Shown here in pieces: positions 1 to 12,706 of a DNA stretch of 64,000 bases. Origin of the DNA: Lysobacterales bacterium (GTDB taxonomy: Bacteria > Pseudomonadota > Gammaproteobacteria > Xanthomonadales > SZUA-5); NCBI GenBank assembly GCA_022844165.1, contig JALHMH010000007.1, forward strand, positions 64,001-128,000. Direction: 5' to 3'. Each line of letters begins with the position of its first letter. Within the stretch, counting starts at the first letter, position 1. The notes beneath the pieces were generated by a model. It ran no database searches and had not been told where the DNA came from. It saw nothing but the letters and a program-made list of their open reading frames with translations. The position numbers and the translations under genes are program-made.

Positions 1-490
1 AAGGGTTGCCCAGGTCGCCGCGGATGGAACCATCGGCAACGCCCGCTTCAATGCAGCGCACCATGATCGCGTGGACTTTATCGCCTGCGAGCATACAACT
101 GGCCTCGGTACTGCCCTCTTCGATGGCGGTCAGCGAGTGCGCCTCGAACCGCGCCAGCGCTGAAAAGTAGTGCGGGACTTCCTGCGAGAAGGCGACATAG
201 GCCCGCCCCGCCGCCTCGACCTTGTTGCGTCCCCGCTGATGCCGTGCCTGCGCTGCTTCGAAGCGTTCGCCAAGCAGCGTCAGCGCGCGTTCGCAGATCG
301 CGCAATGCAGGTCGAATTTGTCTTTGAAGTAGACATACACCAACCCACGCGACAGACGCGCGCGGCGCGCCACTTGATCGATGGTGAGTGCGTCCCAGCC
401 GATATCGGCGTACACCGCTTCCGCAGCGTCCACGATTTGTGCGCGGCGCGCTTCCTTTTCTTCCAATCGGCGTTCGGTGAGGTAGCTCAT
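1..490 (-). CDS. TetR/AcrR family transcriptional regulator (runs off the left edge; not in the ORF track)
   Basis: Manual translation from ATG at 490: MSYLTERRLEEKEARRAQIVDAAEAVYADIGWDALTIDQVARAARLSRGLVYVYFKDKFDL..., a TetR N-terminal HTH; frame open to position 1. Confidence 0.9.
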   Translation of the reverse strand, partial: MSYLTERRLEEKEARRAQIVDAAEAVYADIGWDALTIDQVARRARLSRGLVYVYFKDKFDLHCAICERALTLLGERFEAAQARHQRGRNKVEAAGRAYVAFSQEVPHYFSALARFEAHSLTAIEEGSTEASCMLAGDKVHAIMVRCIEAGVADGSIRGDLGNP

Positions 491-504
491 GTGCTGGACG
501 ATAC

Positions 505-543
505 GTCAATCATTGACACGATGTCAACGATTGAGAGGTTGAC
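505..543. promoter_or_regulatory. Overlapping palindromes upstream of tetR, candidate operator
   Basis: GTCAAT-C-ATTGAC (505-517), TTGACA-CGA-TGTCAA (513-527), GTCAAC-N9-GTTGAC (523-543). Confidence 0.55.
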
Positions 544-553
544 TTTTCCGTGA

Positions 554-2023
554 TTAATCCTCGCGCGTCACTTTGAGTACTTCTTCGACGCTGGTCAGAC
601 CGGCCAGGCACTTGCGCCAACCGTCGTCGAAAATGCTCGGTGAATGGCGACGTGCGATGCGATCCAGTTCGTTTTCGCCCACTTTGTCGTGAATCGCCTG
701 ACGCATCGCTTCGTCGATGGCAACCAGCTCATAGACGCCCGTTCGACCCTTATAGCCGGTGCCCCGCTGCGCCGGACGCCACAGAAATTGCTCGCCGCTC
801 GTGTGCTTGCCCAGCGCCGCCAATTCGGCGGAACTGGCGAGGTAACGCTCGGAAGTTGCCGGGTCGAGTACGCGAACGAGTCGCTGTGCGAGCACGCCGA
901 TCAAGCTCGACGACAGCAAGAAGGGTTCGATACCCATATCACGTAGCCGCGTGACAGCGCCGACGGCCGTATTGGTATGCAGCGTGGATAGCACCAGGTG
1001 CCCGGTGAGCGATGCCTGCACGGCAATTTCGGCAGTTTCCAGATCGCGAATTTCGCCAACCATCACCACGTCCGGATCTTGTCGCAAGATGGCGCGTAAC
1101 CCGCGCGCAAACGTCATATCGACTTTGGTGTTGACCTGCATCTGGCCGATGCCGTCGATGTAGTACTCGATCGGATCTTCGACGGTCATGATGTTGCGGC
1201 TCTTGTCGTTGAGCTGCATCAGCGCCGCGTACAAGGTTGTGGTCTTACCCGAGCCAGTAGGGCCCGTCACCAACAAAATCCCATGTGGGCGATGGATCAG
1301 ATCATCGAGGCGGGCGCGAGTCGCTTCGTCCATGCCAAGTTCGGTGAGGTTCAGACGCCCCGCCTGTTTGTCGAGCAGGCGGAGCACCACGCGTTCGCCA
1401 AAACTGGCAGGGATCGTCGAAACGCGCACATCCACTGGGCGGCCGGCGATTTTCAGGCCAATACGCCCGTCTTGCGGCAGCCGTTTTTCCGCAATGTCCA
1501 GCTTGGCCATCACTTTAATACGCGATACGACCGGTTGCGCGATCGACTTCTGCGGCGAGAGCACTTCGCGCAGTACACCATCGACCCGAAACCGAACAAC
1601 CAGTCGATTCTCGTAGGGCTCAATGTGGATGTCTGAAGCGTTTTCGCGAACGGCTTCTGCGAGCAATGCATTGATCAGCCGAATGATCGGCGCATCGTCC
1701 TCACTCTCCATCAGATCGGTAGGCTCGGGCAACTCATCGGCCAATTGTCTCAGGTCGAGCCGCTGATCGATGTCCGCGGCCATGCTGCGCGAATCCTCTC
1801 CGCCGCCCTGATACAGCGATTGCAGCAGCGCCTCGAACTGTTCGGCCGGCAACTTCTGCGGCAACAACGGCACCCCAAGGAAGCGTCGCAATTCGACCAG
1901 CGCTTCGGGCCGAACGTCCTGCCGACAAACCACTTGCGCCTTGCCATCGGCCATACCTGTCACCGCCACGCCGTGGCGTTTGGCAAATCCGAAAGATGGG
2001 CGTGGCAATGGAGTCATGAACAA
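554..2023 (-). CDS. gspE: Type II secretion system ATPase GspE
   Basis: ASDIHIEP, Walker [39 protein letters not shown]; N-terminus of the GspE/XcpR type. Confidence 0.92.
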   Translation of the reverse strand: MFMTPLPRPSFGFAKRHGVAVTGMADGKAQVVCRQDVRPEALVELRRFLGVPLLPQKLPAEQFEALLQSLYQGGGEDSRSMAADIDQRLDLRQLADELPEPTDLMESEDDAPIIRLINALLAEAVRENASDIHIEPYENRLVVRFRVDGVLREVLSPQKSIAQPVVSRIKVMAKLDIAEKRLPQDGRIGLKIAGRPVDVRVSTIPASFGERVVLRLLDKQAGRLNLTELGMDEATRARLDDLIHRPHGILLVTGPTGSGKTTTLYAALMQLNDKSRNIMTVEDPIEYYIDGIGQMQVNTKVDMTFARGLRAILRQDPDVVMVGEIRDLETAEIAVQASLTGHLVLSTLHTNTAVGAVTRLRDMGIEPFLLSSSLIGVLAQRLVRVLDPATSERYLASSAELAALGKHTSGEQFLWRPAQRGTGYKGRTGVYELVAIDEAMRQAIHDKVGENELDRIARRHSPSIFDDGWRKCLAGLTSVEEVLKVTRED

Positions 2024-2029
2024 GCGCGT

Positions 2030-3499
2030 TTAGCGAACGGGCCGCGATTCTCGCACGTGGGCAAGGTCGTTGGTCCGCACATCGCCAGACGAACGCTTGT
2101 CGACCGGGCCATCTTGATCCTGGATGGCGAAGTGCTCGATCACTGTCCAACCGGCCTGCGAAAATGATTCTCTCGCCAGTTCCGATAACGTGCCGGTCGT
2201 CACCAGGGTGGGATGTTCGCCGATCAGATCGTCGCGCCAGGCGAAGGCGGCGATTTGATCGGACCAATGAATGTGATCGACAGGCAGCAGCACCGTCTGC
2301 TGTCCGTTGTTGTGGATGAGCCCGGGCGTGCCGCCGATGATCGCACCGCGGGCACCCGGTTCACGCGACTGGATATCCGCCGCCATGCGCAGCGATAACA
2401 CCAGGAATCGCGCATCGCGCTCGTCCTCGGCCACGCGTCCGAGCGCTGCCCATTCCACCGCCAGATGGCGCTGGTGCTGCGCGCCGATGAGATCGACAAA
2501 CTCGATTTGCAGAGTCAGCGGGAAGGCCCGGTTGCGCAACAAATCACGTGCCGGTTTGCCGGTGACGCCCAACGCTTCGAGCGCTTTGATATTGCGCCGA
2601 CGAATTTCCTCAGGCGGCAATTCCCACGCCAGTTCGTAGGCGCGTGTGGAAATGCTCAGGCCTTCGCCGACGATGCCGCCAATCGCGCCGATGCCAAATC
2701 CCACCAGCTTGCGGCCTGTCCAATCGGCCCAGGCGAGGCGGTCGAGCCGTTCATCCAGCAGCGGATTGGTCGAATACGGGTCGACGCCAACATGCCGCGC
2801 AATCTCACGACGTGAGCGGTGATAACCGATCCAGCGTAAAGACGCCGATGTTGCCGTTGATTGCGCCTTCTCCGAAAAAGTTCGACCTGACCCGCCGTGT
2901 CCCGTTTTTTCGTCGTCGTCGGCCATGGCGTCGCGCGACGCATCGGCCAGATCGACCGCCAACTCACCGACGCGCCGCGCGGTGCGCACCAGGTATCGGC
3001 CAATGCCACGCGGCAGGTTGGACAGCGTCTCGCCAGGCGCATCGACCAGCGTGGTCACCGCCTCCACGGGCCGCGCGACACCGCGCTCGGCGGCATCGAC
3101 GAACGCATCGGATGCGGTGATTTTATCAAGCGCGCGCACCGCGTCGAGTTCCGCCAGTCGAATCGCCAGCAGATCGCGACCAGAGACACGCAAGTTGCCA
3201 ACATTGGTGCGCACATCGAACTGTGCGTAGTAGTCGGCGATCGGAACCGGTGTACGTACCAGCCAGCCAATTCCGGAGGCACGCAGGCTGCGGTCAATCG
3301 CCGCCAACTCCAGGGCTGGCGCCGCTTCGTACTCCGGCGGCAGTCGCTGGATATTGCTGGCGCCGGCAGGCACCTCGAGCGCCGCCTCTGCCGCCGCTGT
3401 CGGCGGCGTTGTGGGCACAACGTCGCGCCTGACATCGACACGCGCGCCAGGCGTGCAGGCGGCCAAAAGGAAGGTGGTGATCAAAAGCAGAACGCGCAT
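2030..3499 (-). CDS. Hypothetical lipoprotein
   Basis: 489-aa ORF with signal peptide and lipobox LLAAC; stop 6 nt upstream of the gspE ORF start, likely co-transcribed. Confidence 0.75.
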   Translation of the reverse strand: MRVLLLITTFLLAACTPGARVDVRRDVVPTTPPTAAAEAALEVPAGASNIQRLPPEYEAAPALELAAIDRSLRASGIGWLVRTPVPIADYYAQFDVRTNVGNLRVSGRDLLAIRLAELDAVRALDKITASDAFVDAAERGVARPVEAVTTLVDAPGETLSNLPRGIGRYLVRTARRVGELAVDLADASRDAMADDDEKTGHGGSGRTFSEKAQSTATSASLRWIGYHRSRREIARHVGVDPYSTNPLLDERLDRLAWADWTGRKLVGFGIGAIGGIVGEGLSISTRAYELAWELPPEEIRRRNIKALEALGVTGKPARDLLRNRAFPLTLQIEFVDLIGAQHQRHLAVEWAALGRVAEDERDARFLVLSLRMAADIQSREPGARGAIIGGTPGLIHNNGQQTVLLPVDHIHWSDQIAAFAWRDDLIGEHPTLVTTGTLSELARESFSQAGWTVIEHFAIQDQDGPVDKRSSGDVRTNDLAHVRESRPVR

Positions 3500-3637
3500 G
3501 TTGGACCCTCGTGCGAATACCGGCGAGGCTAAGCTGACTTGTGCAACCTCACACGAAGCCGCGAAGAAAAAGGTGGCTTCGTTTAGTGTCTTCGTTCAGC
3601 CCTTCGTGTGAAGCAGCTTGCCTGCGCGGCGAACAAC

Positions 3638-4810
3638 CTACCACACGCTACAGGCAAAACCCTTCAGGTATCGCGTTTCGGGCATCGCCGGGTGTTCAGG
3701 ATGATCGCTCGATTGCGCCAGGCGCATCAGCACGCGCAAAGAACGACCCGCGCTTTGTGCGGCACGCCGCAATGCATCGAGCAAACTGATCTCGTCGAAA
3801 TGGTGCGAGCAGGAACAGCTGATCAACCAGCCGCCGGGTTCGAGCAAACGTAGTGCCGCTTCGTTGATCCGCCGGTAAGCGAGCGCACCTTCTTCGGCGT
3901 CCTTCTTGCGCTTGATGAAGGCTGGTGGATCGACGACGATGGCACCGAAACGTTCACCGCCAGCCTTGAATTCCCGGCAGGCATCGAACGCGTCGGCCTC
4001 AATCGCGCGAACGTTGGCCGACACGCCGCTGTAGCGCGCGTTCGCGTTGACCGACTCGATCGCGGCGTTGGAAGAATCGACACACCAAACGTCCCGTGCG
4101 CCGGCACACGCAGCGCCAATGCCCCAACCGCCACCGTAAGAAAACAGATCGAGCACGCGCAAACCGGAGAGATGCGGCAAGACGCGCGCACGGTTGTCGC
4201 GCTGATCGTAGAACCAGCCGGTTTTTTGTCCAATGGCTGGTGCGATGGCGAAGCGCGCGTTGCCTTCGTCGATGATGATCTGTTCCGGTAACACGCCTTC
4301 GATCTCCACCGTCGATGGCAGGCCTTCGAGCGTGCGCGAACTGCTGTCGCCGCGCCAGACAATCGTCTCGATGCCATCGATTGAACCCAGCGCACGCGCC
4401 AACGACGGGCGCAGCCGCTCCATGCCGGCGGTCGTGATCTGCACACTGAGCACAGCACCATAACGATCGACGACCAGCCCCGGCAGACCATCACTCTCGC
4501 CGAATACCAGACGGCATTGGCGGGCGAGCCCGAGCATCCGGCGCGTCGCAACGGCGGCGTGCAAACGCTGCGCAAGCCAGGTATCAACGTCGAACTGCGC
4601 AGTGGGTGCTTGCAGCAGACGTGCGGCGATCAGCGAGTTCGGATTGACATAGGCAACGCCGAGACTCTTGCCTGGGATCTCGATGTCGACAAGTTCTCCT
4701 GGCGTCAAACCCAGCGTTCCAAGCTTGCCTTCAATCTCGTTGGCGTAAATCCACAGGTGTCCTGTGCGCAGGCGGCGCTCCGCTTCGCGCCGCAACTTGA
4801 GCGTGCGCAC
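3638..4810 (-). CDS. rlmI: Class I SAM-dependent rRNA methyltransferase, RlmI-like (23S m5C1962)
   Basis: PUA-like N-terminus GHLWIY, ESDGLPGLVVDRY, GQKTGWFYDQRDNR, VLDLFSYGGG, DPPAF; GTG start at 4810 just after the prpC stop. Confidence 0.82.
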   Translation of the reverse strand: MRTLKLRREAERRLRTGHLWIYANEIEGKLGTLGLTPGELVDIEIPGKSLGVAYVNPNSLIAARLLQAPTAQFDVDTWLAQRLHAAVATRRMLGLARQCRLVFGESDGLPGLVVDRYGAVLSVQITTAGMERLRPSLARALGSIDGIETIVWRGDSSSRTLEGLPSTVEIEGVLPEQIIIDEGNARFAIAPAIGQKTGWFYDQRDNRARVLPHLSGLRVLDLFSYGGGWGIGAACAGARDVWCVDSSNAAIESVNANARYSGVSANVRAIEADAFDACREFKAGGERFGAIVVDPPAFIKRKKDAEEGALAYRRINEAALRLLEPGGWLISCSCSHHFDEISLLDALRRAAQSAGRSLRVLMRLAQSSDHPEHPAMPETRYLKGFACSVW

Positions 4811-4811
4811 G

Positions 4812-5966
4812 CTAACGTTTCTCGATCGGAACGAAGACCTGATCGTCCGGACCGGTGTAGTTCGCGCTCGGACGAATGATCTTGCCATCCAGGCGCTGCT
4901 CGATCACATGCGCGCACCAGCCGCTGGTGCGCGAGATCACGAACAGCGGCGTGAACATGGCCGTCGGCACGCCCAGCATGTGGTAGGTCGAGGCGCTGTA
5001 CCAATCGAGATTCGGGAACATCTTCTTCAGCTCCCACATCAGCGTTTCGATGCGCTCTGAGACCTCGAACAAACGCAGATTGCCGGCTTCGGTGCAGAGC
5101 TTGCGAGAGATCTCTTTGATAATGACGTTGCGCGGATCCGATACGGTGTAAACGGGGTGGCCAAAACCGATGATGATCTCCTTGCGATCAACGCGCGCGT
5201 GGATATCGGCCCCGGCTTCCTCGGCGTTTCGATAGCGCGCAATGATATCCATCGCCACCTCGTTGGCGCCGCCGTGTTTCGGGCCACGCAACGCGCCGAT
5301 CGCACCGGCGATGGACGAGTACATGTCCGAGCCCGTGCCCGCGATCACACGCGCCGTGAACGTGCTGGCATTGAACTCATGCTCAGCGTAGAGAATCAGC
5401 GATTGATCGAGCGCACGCGCATGCGACTCGCTCGGACGCCTGCTGTGCAACAAATGCAGAAAGTGTCCGGCGATCGACTCGTCATCGGTTTCGACATCGA
5501 TACGCGCACCGGCATGGCTGAAGTGATACCAATACAGCAGCATCGAGCCGAAACTGGCCATCAGCCGATCAGCGATGTCGCGCGCTTCAGCCAGCGGATG
5601 CGACTCGCGCTCCGGCATGATTGCGCCAAGCACCGATACACCGGTGCGCAGCACGTCCATCGGATGCGTGGCTGGCGGCAGCATTTCCAGTGCGTCTTGC
5701 ACGATCGCAGGGATCCCGCGCAGTCGCTTGAGCCTGGATTTGTAGGCGCGCAGCTCCGCAACGTTGGGCAGATGGCCATACACGAGCAAATGCGCGACTT
5801 CCTCAAAACAAGCGCGTCCGGCCAGATCGTGAATATCGTAGCCGCGATACGACAAGTCGTTGCCACTTCGACCCACCGTGCACAACGCTGTGTTGCCAGC
5901 GGCGACACCCGATAGGGCAACGGATTTCTTTGGTTTGATCGCGGTCACCGGCGCGGTTTCGCTCAT
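4812..5966 (-). CDS. prpC: 2-methylcitrate synthase
   Basis: [21 protein letters not shown]-terminus, [33 protein letters not shown]; start at MSETAP with GGAG-like RBS. Confidence 0.93.
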   Translation of the reverse strand: MSETAPVTAIKPKKSVALSGVAAGNTALCTVGRSGNDLSYRGYDIHDLAGRACFEEVAHLLVYGHLPNVAELRAYKSRLKRLRGIPAIVQDALEMLPPATHPMDVLRTGVSVLGAIMPERESHPLAEARDIADRLMASFGSMLLYWYHFSHAGARIDVETDDESIAGHFLHLLHSRRPSESHARALDQSLILYAEHEFNASTFTARVIAGTGSDMYSSIAGAIGALRGPKHGGANEVAMDIIARYRNAEEAGADIHARVDRKEIIIGFGHPVYTVSDPRNVIIKEISRKLCTEAGNLRLFEVSERIETLMWELKKMFPNLDWYSASTYHMLGVPTAMFTPLFVISRTSGWCAHVIEQRLDGKIIRPSANYTGPDDQVFVPIEKR

Positions 5967-6267
5967 GTTTTCGCCCTCGTACGATGGTGGCCGCGGAGAA
6001 TACACCGCGATGCCAAGGCGACGCTGCGCGGTCTGCCGCTCCGGCGCCGTTGCGTCTGCGGGAATGTCATTGCACCAGGGTCGACCGCACTGCACAGTTG
6101 TTCCGCCCCGGTCCAGCCAGGCAAAGCGACGCGAGGGCGCATTCTCCGGCTGGCGCGTCAACCCAGAAACGTCCTGAAACCGCCCGATTTGCGAAACTTG
6201 TTTGCCCACCGCCGCAAATGGCTGTATTGCGGTAGATTCACCGCAGTCCGACCGGGAGGAGGCTGCT

Positions 6268-7941
6268 ATGCGCACACAAAGGCTGCTGTTGGATGACATC
6301 TACCGCCACGAGGTGGAGCAGGCCAGCCGCATCTATCTGACCCAGCCTGTCGGAGGTGGTCAGGCGGTCGACTACACCTGGGCGCAGGTGATGGATCAGT
6401 CGCGGCGCATGGCGGCGCATTTGAAGAACCAGGGTTTTCCACCCGGCGCGCGTATCGCGATCCTGTCGAAGAACTGTGCGCACTTCGTTATGGCGGAGCT
6501 GGCCATTTGGATGGCCGGCTACACGACGGTGGCCATTTTCCCAACCGAAACTGCTGACACTGTCAAATACGTGCTCAATCACAGCGAAGCCAGTCTGCTG
6601 TTTGTCGGCAAACTCGACACCTGGGCGCAACAAGCGCCTGGTGTACCCGCTGGCTTGCCGCGGATTGCTTTTCCGCTTGCGCCGAAAACCGAATTCGATA
6701 CGTGGGATGCCGTGATATCGCGAACGCCACCCATCGAAGGCCAGCCACAGCGCGCTGCCGATGACCTGGCGCTGTTGATGTACACCTCGGGATCGACTGG
6801 CACGCCCAAAGGCGTGATGCACTGCTTTGCCGGCGCTTCGGCGGCAGCCACGGGCATCGCCGCCGACATGCGATCACAAATTCGCGGCGAGCTCAGAGTT
6901 CTGTCGTATCTGCCGCTGGCGCACATTTTCGAGCGTGCATGGATCGAATGCGCATCGTTCGTTGATGGTCGAACGCACATCTTCTTCGCCGAGTCGCTCG
7001 ATACCTTTTTGGCTGATCTGAAACGCGCTCGACCGACTGCGTTCATCTCGGTGCCACGTTTGTGGCTCAAGTTTCAACAGGGCGTACTGGCAAAAATGCC
7101 GGCCAGGAAACTGGATCGTTTGCTGCGCATTCCGATTCTCGGCCGCATTGTTGCGCGCAAGATTCTCAGAGGACTGGGCTTGGACCACGTACAGATGGCT
7201 GGGAGCGGCTCGGCCCCGATTCCGGCGGATTTAATCGCCTGGTATCAACGCCTGGGCCTTAATCTGCGCGAGGGTTATGCGATGACCGAGGACTTTGCCT
7301 ACTCTTTCATTTCGATGTTCGGCAAAGCCGCGCCGGGTTATGTGGGCGTCGCGTTGCCCGGCGTGCAAGCGCGTCTGGGCAGTAACGGCGAGATCCTGGT
7401 GAAGTCGCCGGGCAAACTGGTGGGTTACTACAAGCAGCCTGAGTTGGATGCGCAGTGTTTTACCGAAGATGGCTTTTTCTGCACCGGCGATCTGGGCGAG
7501 TTCAGCGCGCAGGGACTGCTGAAAATCACCGGTCGTGCGAAGGAGCAATTCAAAACCGCGAAGGGCAAATACGTTGCGCCCGCGCCGATTGAAAATCTGC
7601 TGAATTCGCATCCAATGGTGGAACTGTCGATCGTGTCGGGCGTTGGCCAGCCGGCGGCTTATGCGCTGGTCGTTCTGGCCGAGCACGTGCGACCGCAGCA
7701 GAACGATCCGACGATACGCAAACAGATCGAAGAGGAATTCGGGCAGCTGCTCGATCAAATCAACGGCAGAGTTGCGGACTATGAACAGCTGAAGATGATC
7801 GTCGTAGCGCGCGAACCCTGGAGCATTGAAAACGGCTGCCTGACGCCGACGATGAAAATCAAACGTGCACGCATCGAAAGCAGCGTCGAGGCGCAGCTGG
7901 ACACGTGGTATCAAGGTAAATCAAAAGTGCATTGGGCCTGA
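6268..7941 (+). CDS. AMP-binding enzyme, long-chain acyl-CoA synthetase family
   Basis: [46 protein letters not shown]; RBS GGAGG before ATG 6268. Confidence 0.9.
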   Translation: MRTQRLLLDDIYRHEVEQASRIYLTQPVGGGQAVDYTWAQVMDQSRRMAAHLKNQGFPPGARIAILSKNCAHFVMAELAIWMAGYTTVAIFPTETADTVKYVLNHSEASLLFVGKLDTWAQQAPGVPAGLPRIAFPLAPKTEFDTWDAVISRTPPIEGQPQRAADDLALLMYTSGSTGTPKGVMHCFAGASAAATGIAADMRSQIRGELRVLSYLPLAHIFERAWIECASFVDGRTHIFFAESLDTFLADLKRARPTAFISVPRLWLKFQQGVLAKMPARKLDRLLRIPILGRIVARKILRGLGLDHVQMAGSGSAPIPADLIAWYQRLGLNLREGYAMTEDFAYSFISMFGKAAPGYVGVALPGVQARLGSNGEILVKSPGKLVGYYKQPELDAQCFTEDGFFCTGDLGEFSAQGLLKITGRAKEQFKTAKGKYVAPAPIENLLNSHPMVELSIVSGVGQPAAYALVVLAEHVRPQQNDPTIRKQIEEEFGQLLDQINGRVADYEQLKMIVVAREPWSIENGCLTPTMKIKRARIESSVEAQLDTWYQGKSKVHWA

Positions 7942-8087
7942 GCCCACGCGATTCCCGCCAAGAGTTTCGGTGCATTCGAGGCCTTTGGCATCGCCCGTCG
8001 CGGCGCATCCGCACAACAGCGTTGGCGATGGCTGCGGTTCGCGCCTGACGCCGAGCGCGCCAAGAGCGTCTCGGTGCTATCGGGGGC

Positions 8088-8597
8088 TTATGCAACAGCT
8101 CCGTTCGGCGACACCGAAACCAGCGCCATCATCAGCTCATCGACAAAGTGCGCCTGATGCGCACGTTTGTAAGCCATTCGCTGGCGGCCTTCAATGCCAA
8201 ACCCGAGTTTGGCGTAAAACGCGATCGCGCGTGGATTGTCGGATTCCACGAGCAGTTCGAAGCGCATGACGCCCGCTTCGCGCAAACGAGCGATTGCCGC
8301 CTCGATCATGGTTCGGGCAACGCCGGTACCAACCAGTCGCGGTGCAATCGCGATGGTGCTGAGGTACGCCACGTGGCGCGTACGACCGGCAAATCGCGTG
8401 GCTCGGTAAAAGCCCGCCAGTTCGCCCGAATCGCCGACGCACAGCGAGAAATTTTGGGTACTGAGCAGTTCTTCATACACCGGCTCAAACTGTGCCCGAG
8501 TCATTGCGTCGTAGGCCAGGAAAGGAACAACGGTTGGCGCCATGTACAGCGCATAGACGTCATCTATGTCGGCTGGTCCTGCGAGTCGATGTTGCAT
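8088..8597 (-). CDS. GNAT family N-acetyltransferase
   Basis: C-terminal part of ORF 8088..9176 from MQHRLAG; GTGVAR acetyl-CoA loop, NPRAIAFYAKLGF. Confidence 0.85.
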   Translation of the reverse strand: MQHRLAGPADIDDVYALYMAPTVVPFLAYDAMTRAQFEPVYEELLSTQNFSLCVGDSGELAGFYRATRFAGRTRHVAYLSTIAIAPRLVGTGVARTMIEAAIARLREAGVMRFELLVESDNPRAIAFYAKLGFGIEGRQRMAYKRAHQAHFVDELMMALVSVSPNGAVA

Positions 8598-8679
8598 GGC
8601 GGGCTCCAGCCGTAGTTGATTTCCATGGTTGCCCACGGCGAGGATCGCTGGCGCGATATCTGACCGTTTGCCGTCTTGA

Positions 8680-10209
<1,530 letters not shown>

Positions 10210-10309
10210 TCGATCGAGCACAGCGCCGGCAAAACGCGCTGTCGAACGGAGCAGGCAACGCTCGGCGCTCTGCGACGAAGCCGCCTGGATCGTGCCCGAT
10301 GAGCGCGCG

Positions 10310-12628
10310 CTACAGTCCGAATCTCGGTCGCATCTGTGACTGCACCGCAGGGCGCCTCAAGCTGGCCAGCAAACGCGACCTCAGGAATGCCGCGTCGTCG
10401 ATCGCGGGGGGCGAATAGCGTTTAGCGAATTCGTCAGCCGTGAGTGCGGGACTCTTCAGGTGGCCCTGGAACAATCGGCATCCTCGCGCTCTAAAGAAGC
10501 GCAACTGCGCCTCGCTTTCGACGCCTTCTGCAAGTACAGTGAGATTCAATTGTTGGCCCAAAGCGACGATCGCGCCGGCAATGATGTCGCCGCCCTTGGT
10601 ATCGCCGACATCGGCGACAAAACAGCGATCGATCTTGATCGTATCTACGGGCAGACGGCGCAGATACGCCAGCGAGCTGTAGCCGGTGCCGAAGTCGTCG
10701 ATCGCGATTCTGATTCCAAGCAGGCGCAGCGCCGACAAGGTTCGTTCGATGTCCCGCCCATGTTCCATCAGCAGACTTTCTGTCAGCTCAAGTTCCAGGG
10801 CTGCCGGGTCTAGTCCGGACTCTGCCAATATGCGCATCAGCCGTGATTGGAACTCGGGATTCAGCAACTGGCGCGCCGAGAGATTGACACTCAGGCGCAG
10901 CGCCTCGTGCCCGGTCTGGCGCCAGCGTTGCACTTGCCGGCACGCCGACTCCAACACGCGATCGCCGAGGCGGCCAATCAGTCCGCCGTCCTCCGCCGCA
11001 GCGATGAACTCTCCGGGCATGACCAATCGGCCGTCGGCCATACGCCAGCGGACCAACGCCTCTACGCCCGTGAGGCGTTCGTCTTCGCAATCAAAGATCG
11101 GTTGATAGTGAACAACGAATTCGTCCGCCAACAGCGCGCGTCGCAATTGGGCATCCAGGGTCAGTTTCCGCTGCGCACTGGCCACCAGTTCAGGCGTGTA
11201 GAACTGGTGTTCGTTGCCGCCGGTCGACTTGGCGCGGTACAACGCTGCATCCGCGCCGCGCAGCAGCTGCATGCTCGAAGCGCCGTCGTCTGGAAACACG
11301 GAAAAGCCGATGCTGGCTTCCACGAATGCCACCTGCCCATCGGCGAAACACACTGGCTCGCGCAGTGCTTCCAGGAGTCGCTCCGCGAGCAGCGAAGCGC
11401 CCTTCGCGTCTGCGGCCGACCGCGCGATGATCATGAACTCATCGCATCCAGTTCTTGCGATGAAATCCTCGCCACTCAATATCGAACGCAGGCGCCCGGC
11501 CACGCTGCGCAGCAAAAAGTCGCCGTAGTCGTACCCGAGCCCATCGTTGACAATGCGGAAACGATCGATATCCAGCAGCCCGACAAAGAAGCGTCCGCCC
11601 CCCGGGGATTGCGCACTCTCGTCGATCATGCGCTGGGCCGCGACGCGATTCGGCAGCCCGGTCAAAGCATCGATCTCGGCCACATGATTTGACACCTGCT
11701 GACGCGTCTCCGCTGCGTCCAGCGCGTTCCGCAGCTGCGTTTCGCTATGGAGATCCGCCGCATCGCGCTCGATGGCTGCCCCCAACGCGGCAGCGATGAT
11801 TCGCATGCTGGCTTCATTTGCGGCAGCCCACATCCGCGAATGCCCGTCGTCAATGCCGAGAAATCCGAAGAGTCCCGCGCGGCAGCGAATCGGGACCACC
11901 ATCAACGAGCCGATACCAAGCGCCTTCAACGCATTGCGTTCGATCGGCGGAAAGTCATTCAACGTGCCACGTATGCACTGGTCCTTTTGCAGCACGCGAA
12001 TCCAGCGGGCTTGCGCGGCACTGATCGGCATCCTGACGCCATCGCGCAGCGCCGACAACCCATTCTTCTGCCAGATCGAGTGCCGGATACTGTAGTTGCC
12101 GGGGTCGGTGCCCTCGAATTCGAACAGAAATGCCCGTTGTGCCTGGAAGCACTCACCGACACGCCTCAAGAGTTGCGCGATTCTGGCTTTGAGCGGGCCG
12201 TTCCCCAGCAGCAGCGGCGCCGACTGCGCCGCCAGGCTTAAGCCGGCATCGACCGATTTGCGATCGCTGATGTCGAACAGCACACAATGGAAAGCCTCAG
12301 CGTCGCCATCACTGCCGCGTTCGACCCAGGAGCGGTCCTCGACCCAACGCCATCGATGACCGCAACGAATCCGATACTCCATGTGCCAGCGCTCGGGATC
12401 CGCCGGCAGCGCGAGAATGTCGCTTTCGATCCGCGCCAGATCTTCCGGATGCATCAGCTCGGCAAAACAGGCGCCTCGCTGGAGCGCCTGCGCGTCGATG
12501 CCCCAATCGATGGCATTGGCGGACACTTCCTCAATCGGCCAGCCCGGTGCATTGCGCCAGCGAATCGCAATGGCGCCGGTGTCGGTGATGGCATTGGCAA
12601 GGAGGATTTTTTCGACGTTGGCGATCAT
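10310..12628 (-). CDS. PAS-GAF-GGDEF-EAL c-di-GMP signalling protein
   Basis: PAS (HPED...WRWVEDR), GAF, DALTGLPNR, variant GCDEF motif, EALVRW, DDFGTGYSSL, AEGVE. Confidence 0.92.
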   Translation of the reverse strand: MIANVEKILLANAITDTGAIAIRWRNAPGWPIEEVSANAIDWGIDAQALQRGACFAELMHPEDLARIESDILALPADPERWHMEYRIRCGHRWRWVEDRSWVERGSDGDAEAFHCVLFDISDRKSVDAGLSLAAQSAPLLLGNGPLKARIAQLLRRVGECFQAQRAFLFEFEGTDPGNYSIRHSIWQKNGLSALRDGVRMPISAAQARWIRVLQKDQCIRGTLNDFPPIERNALKALGIGSLMVVPIRCRAGLFGFLGIDDGHSRMWAAANEASMRIIAAALGAAIERDAADLHSETQLRNALDAAETRQQVSNHVAEIDALTGLPNRVAAQRMIDESAQSPGGGRFFVGLLDIDRFRIVNDGLGYDYGDFLLRSVAGRLRSILSGEDFIARTGCDEFMIIARSAADAKGASLLAERLLEALREPVCFADGQVAFVEASIGFSVFPDDGASSMQLLRGADAALYRAKSTGGNEHQFYTPELVASAQRKLTLDAQLRRALLADEFVVHYQPIFDCEDERLTGVEALVRWRMADGRLVMPGEFIAAAEDGGLIGRLGDRVLESACRQVQRWRQTGHEALRLSVNLSARQLLNPEFQSRLMRILAESGLDPAALELELTESLLMEHGRDIERTLSALRLLGIRIAIDDFGTGYSSLAYLRRLPVDTIKIDRCFVADVGDTKGGDIIAGAIVALGQQLNLTVLAEGVESEAQLRFFRARGCRLFQGHLKSPALTADEFAKRYSPPAIDDAAFLRSRLLASLRRPAVQSQMRPRFGL

Positions 12629-12706
12629 GCCTCGCCCCTAACTTGTGCTTGTCAGGCCGGAGTTTGCTACATCGTCCGCCCCAGAAAAGTTCGGTTGCCG
12701 ACAAAA

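Noticed and set aside
78-553. ORF-track calls 78..509 (-) and 170..553 (+)
   Set aside because: Shadows of the real TetR gene in another minus-strand frame
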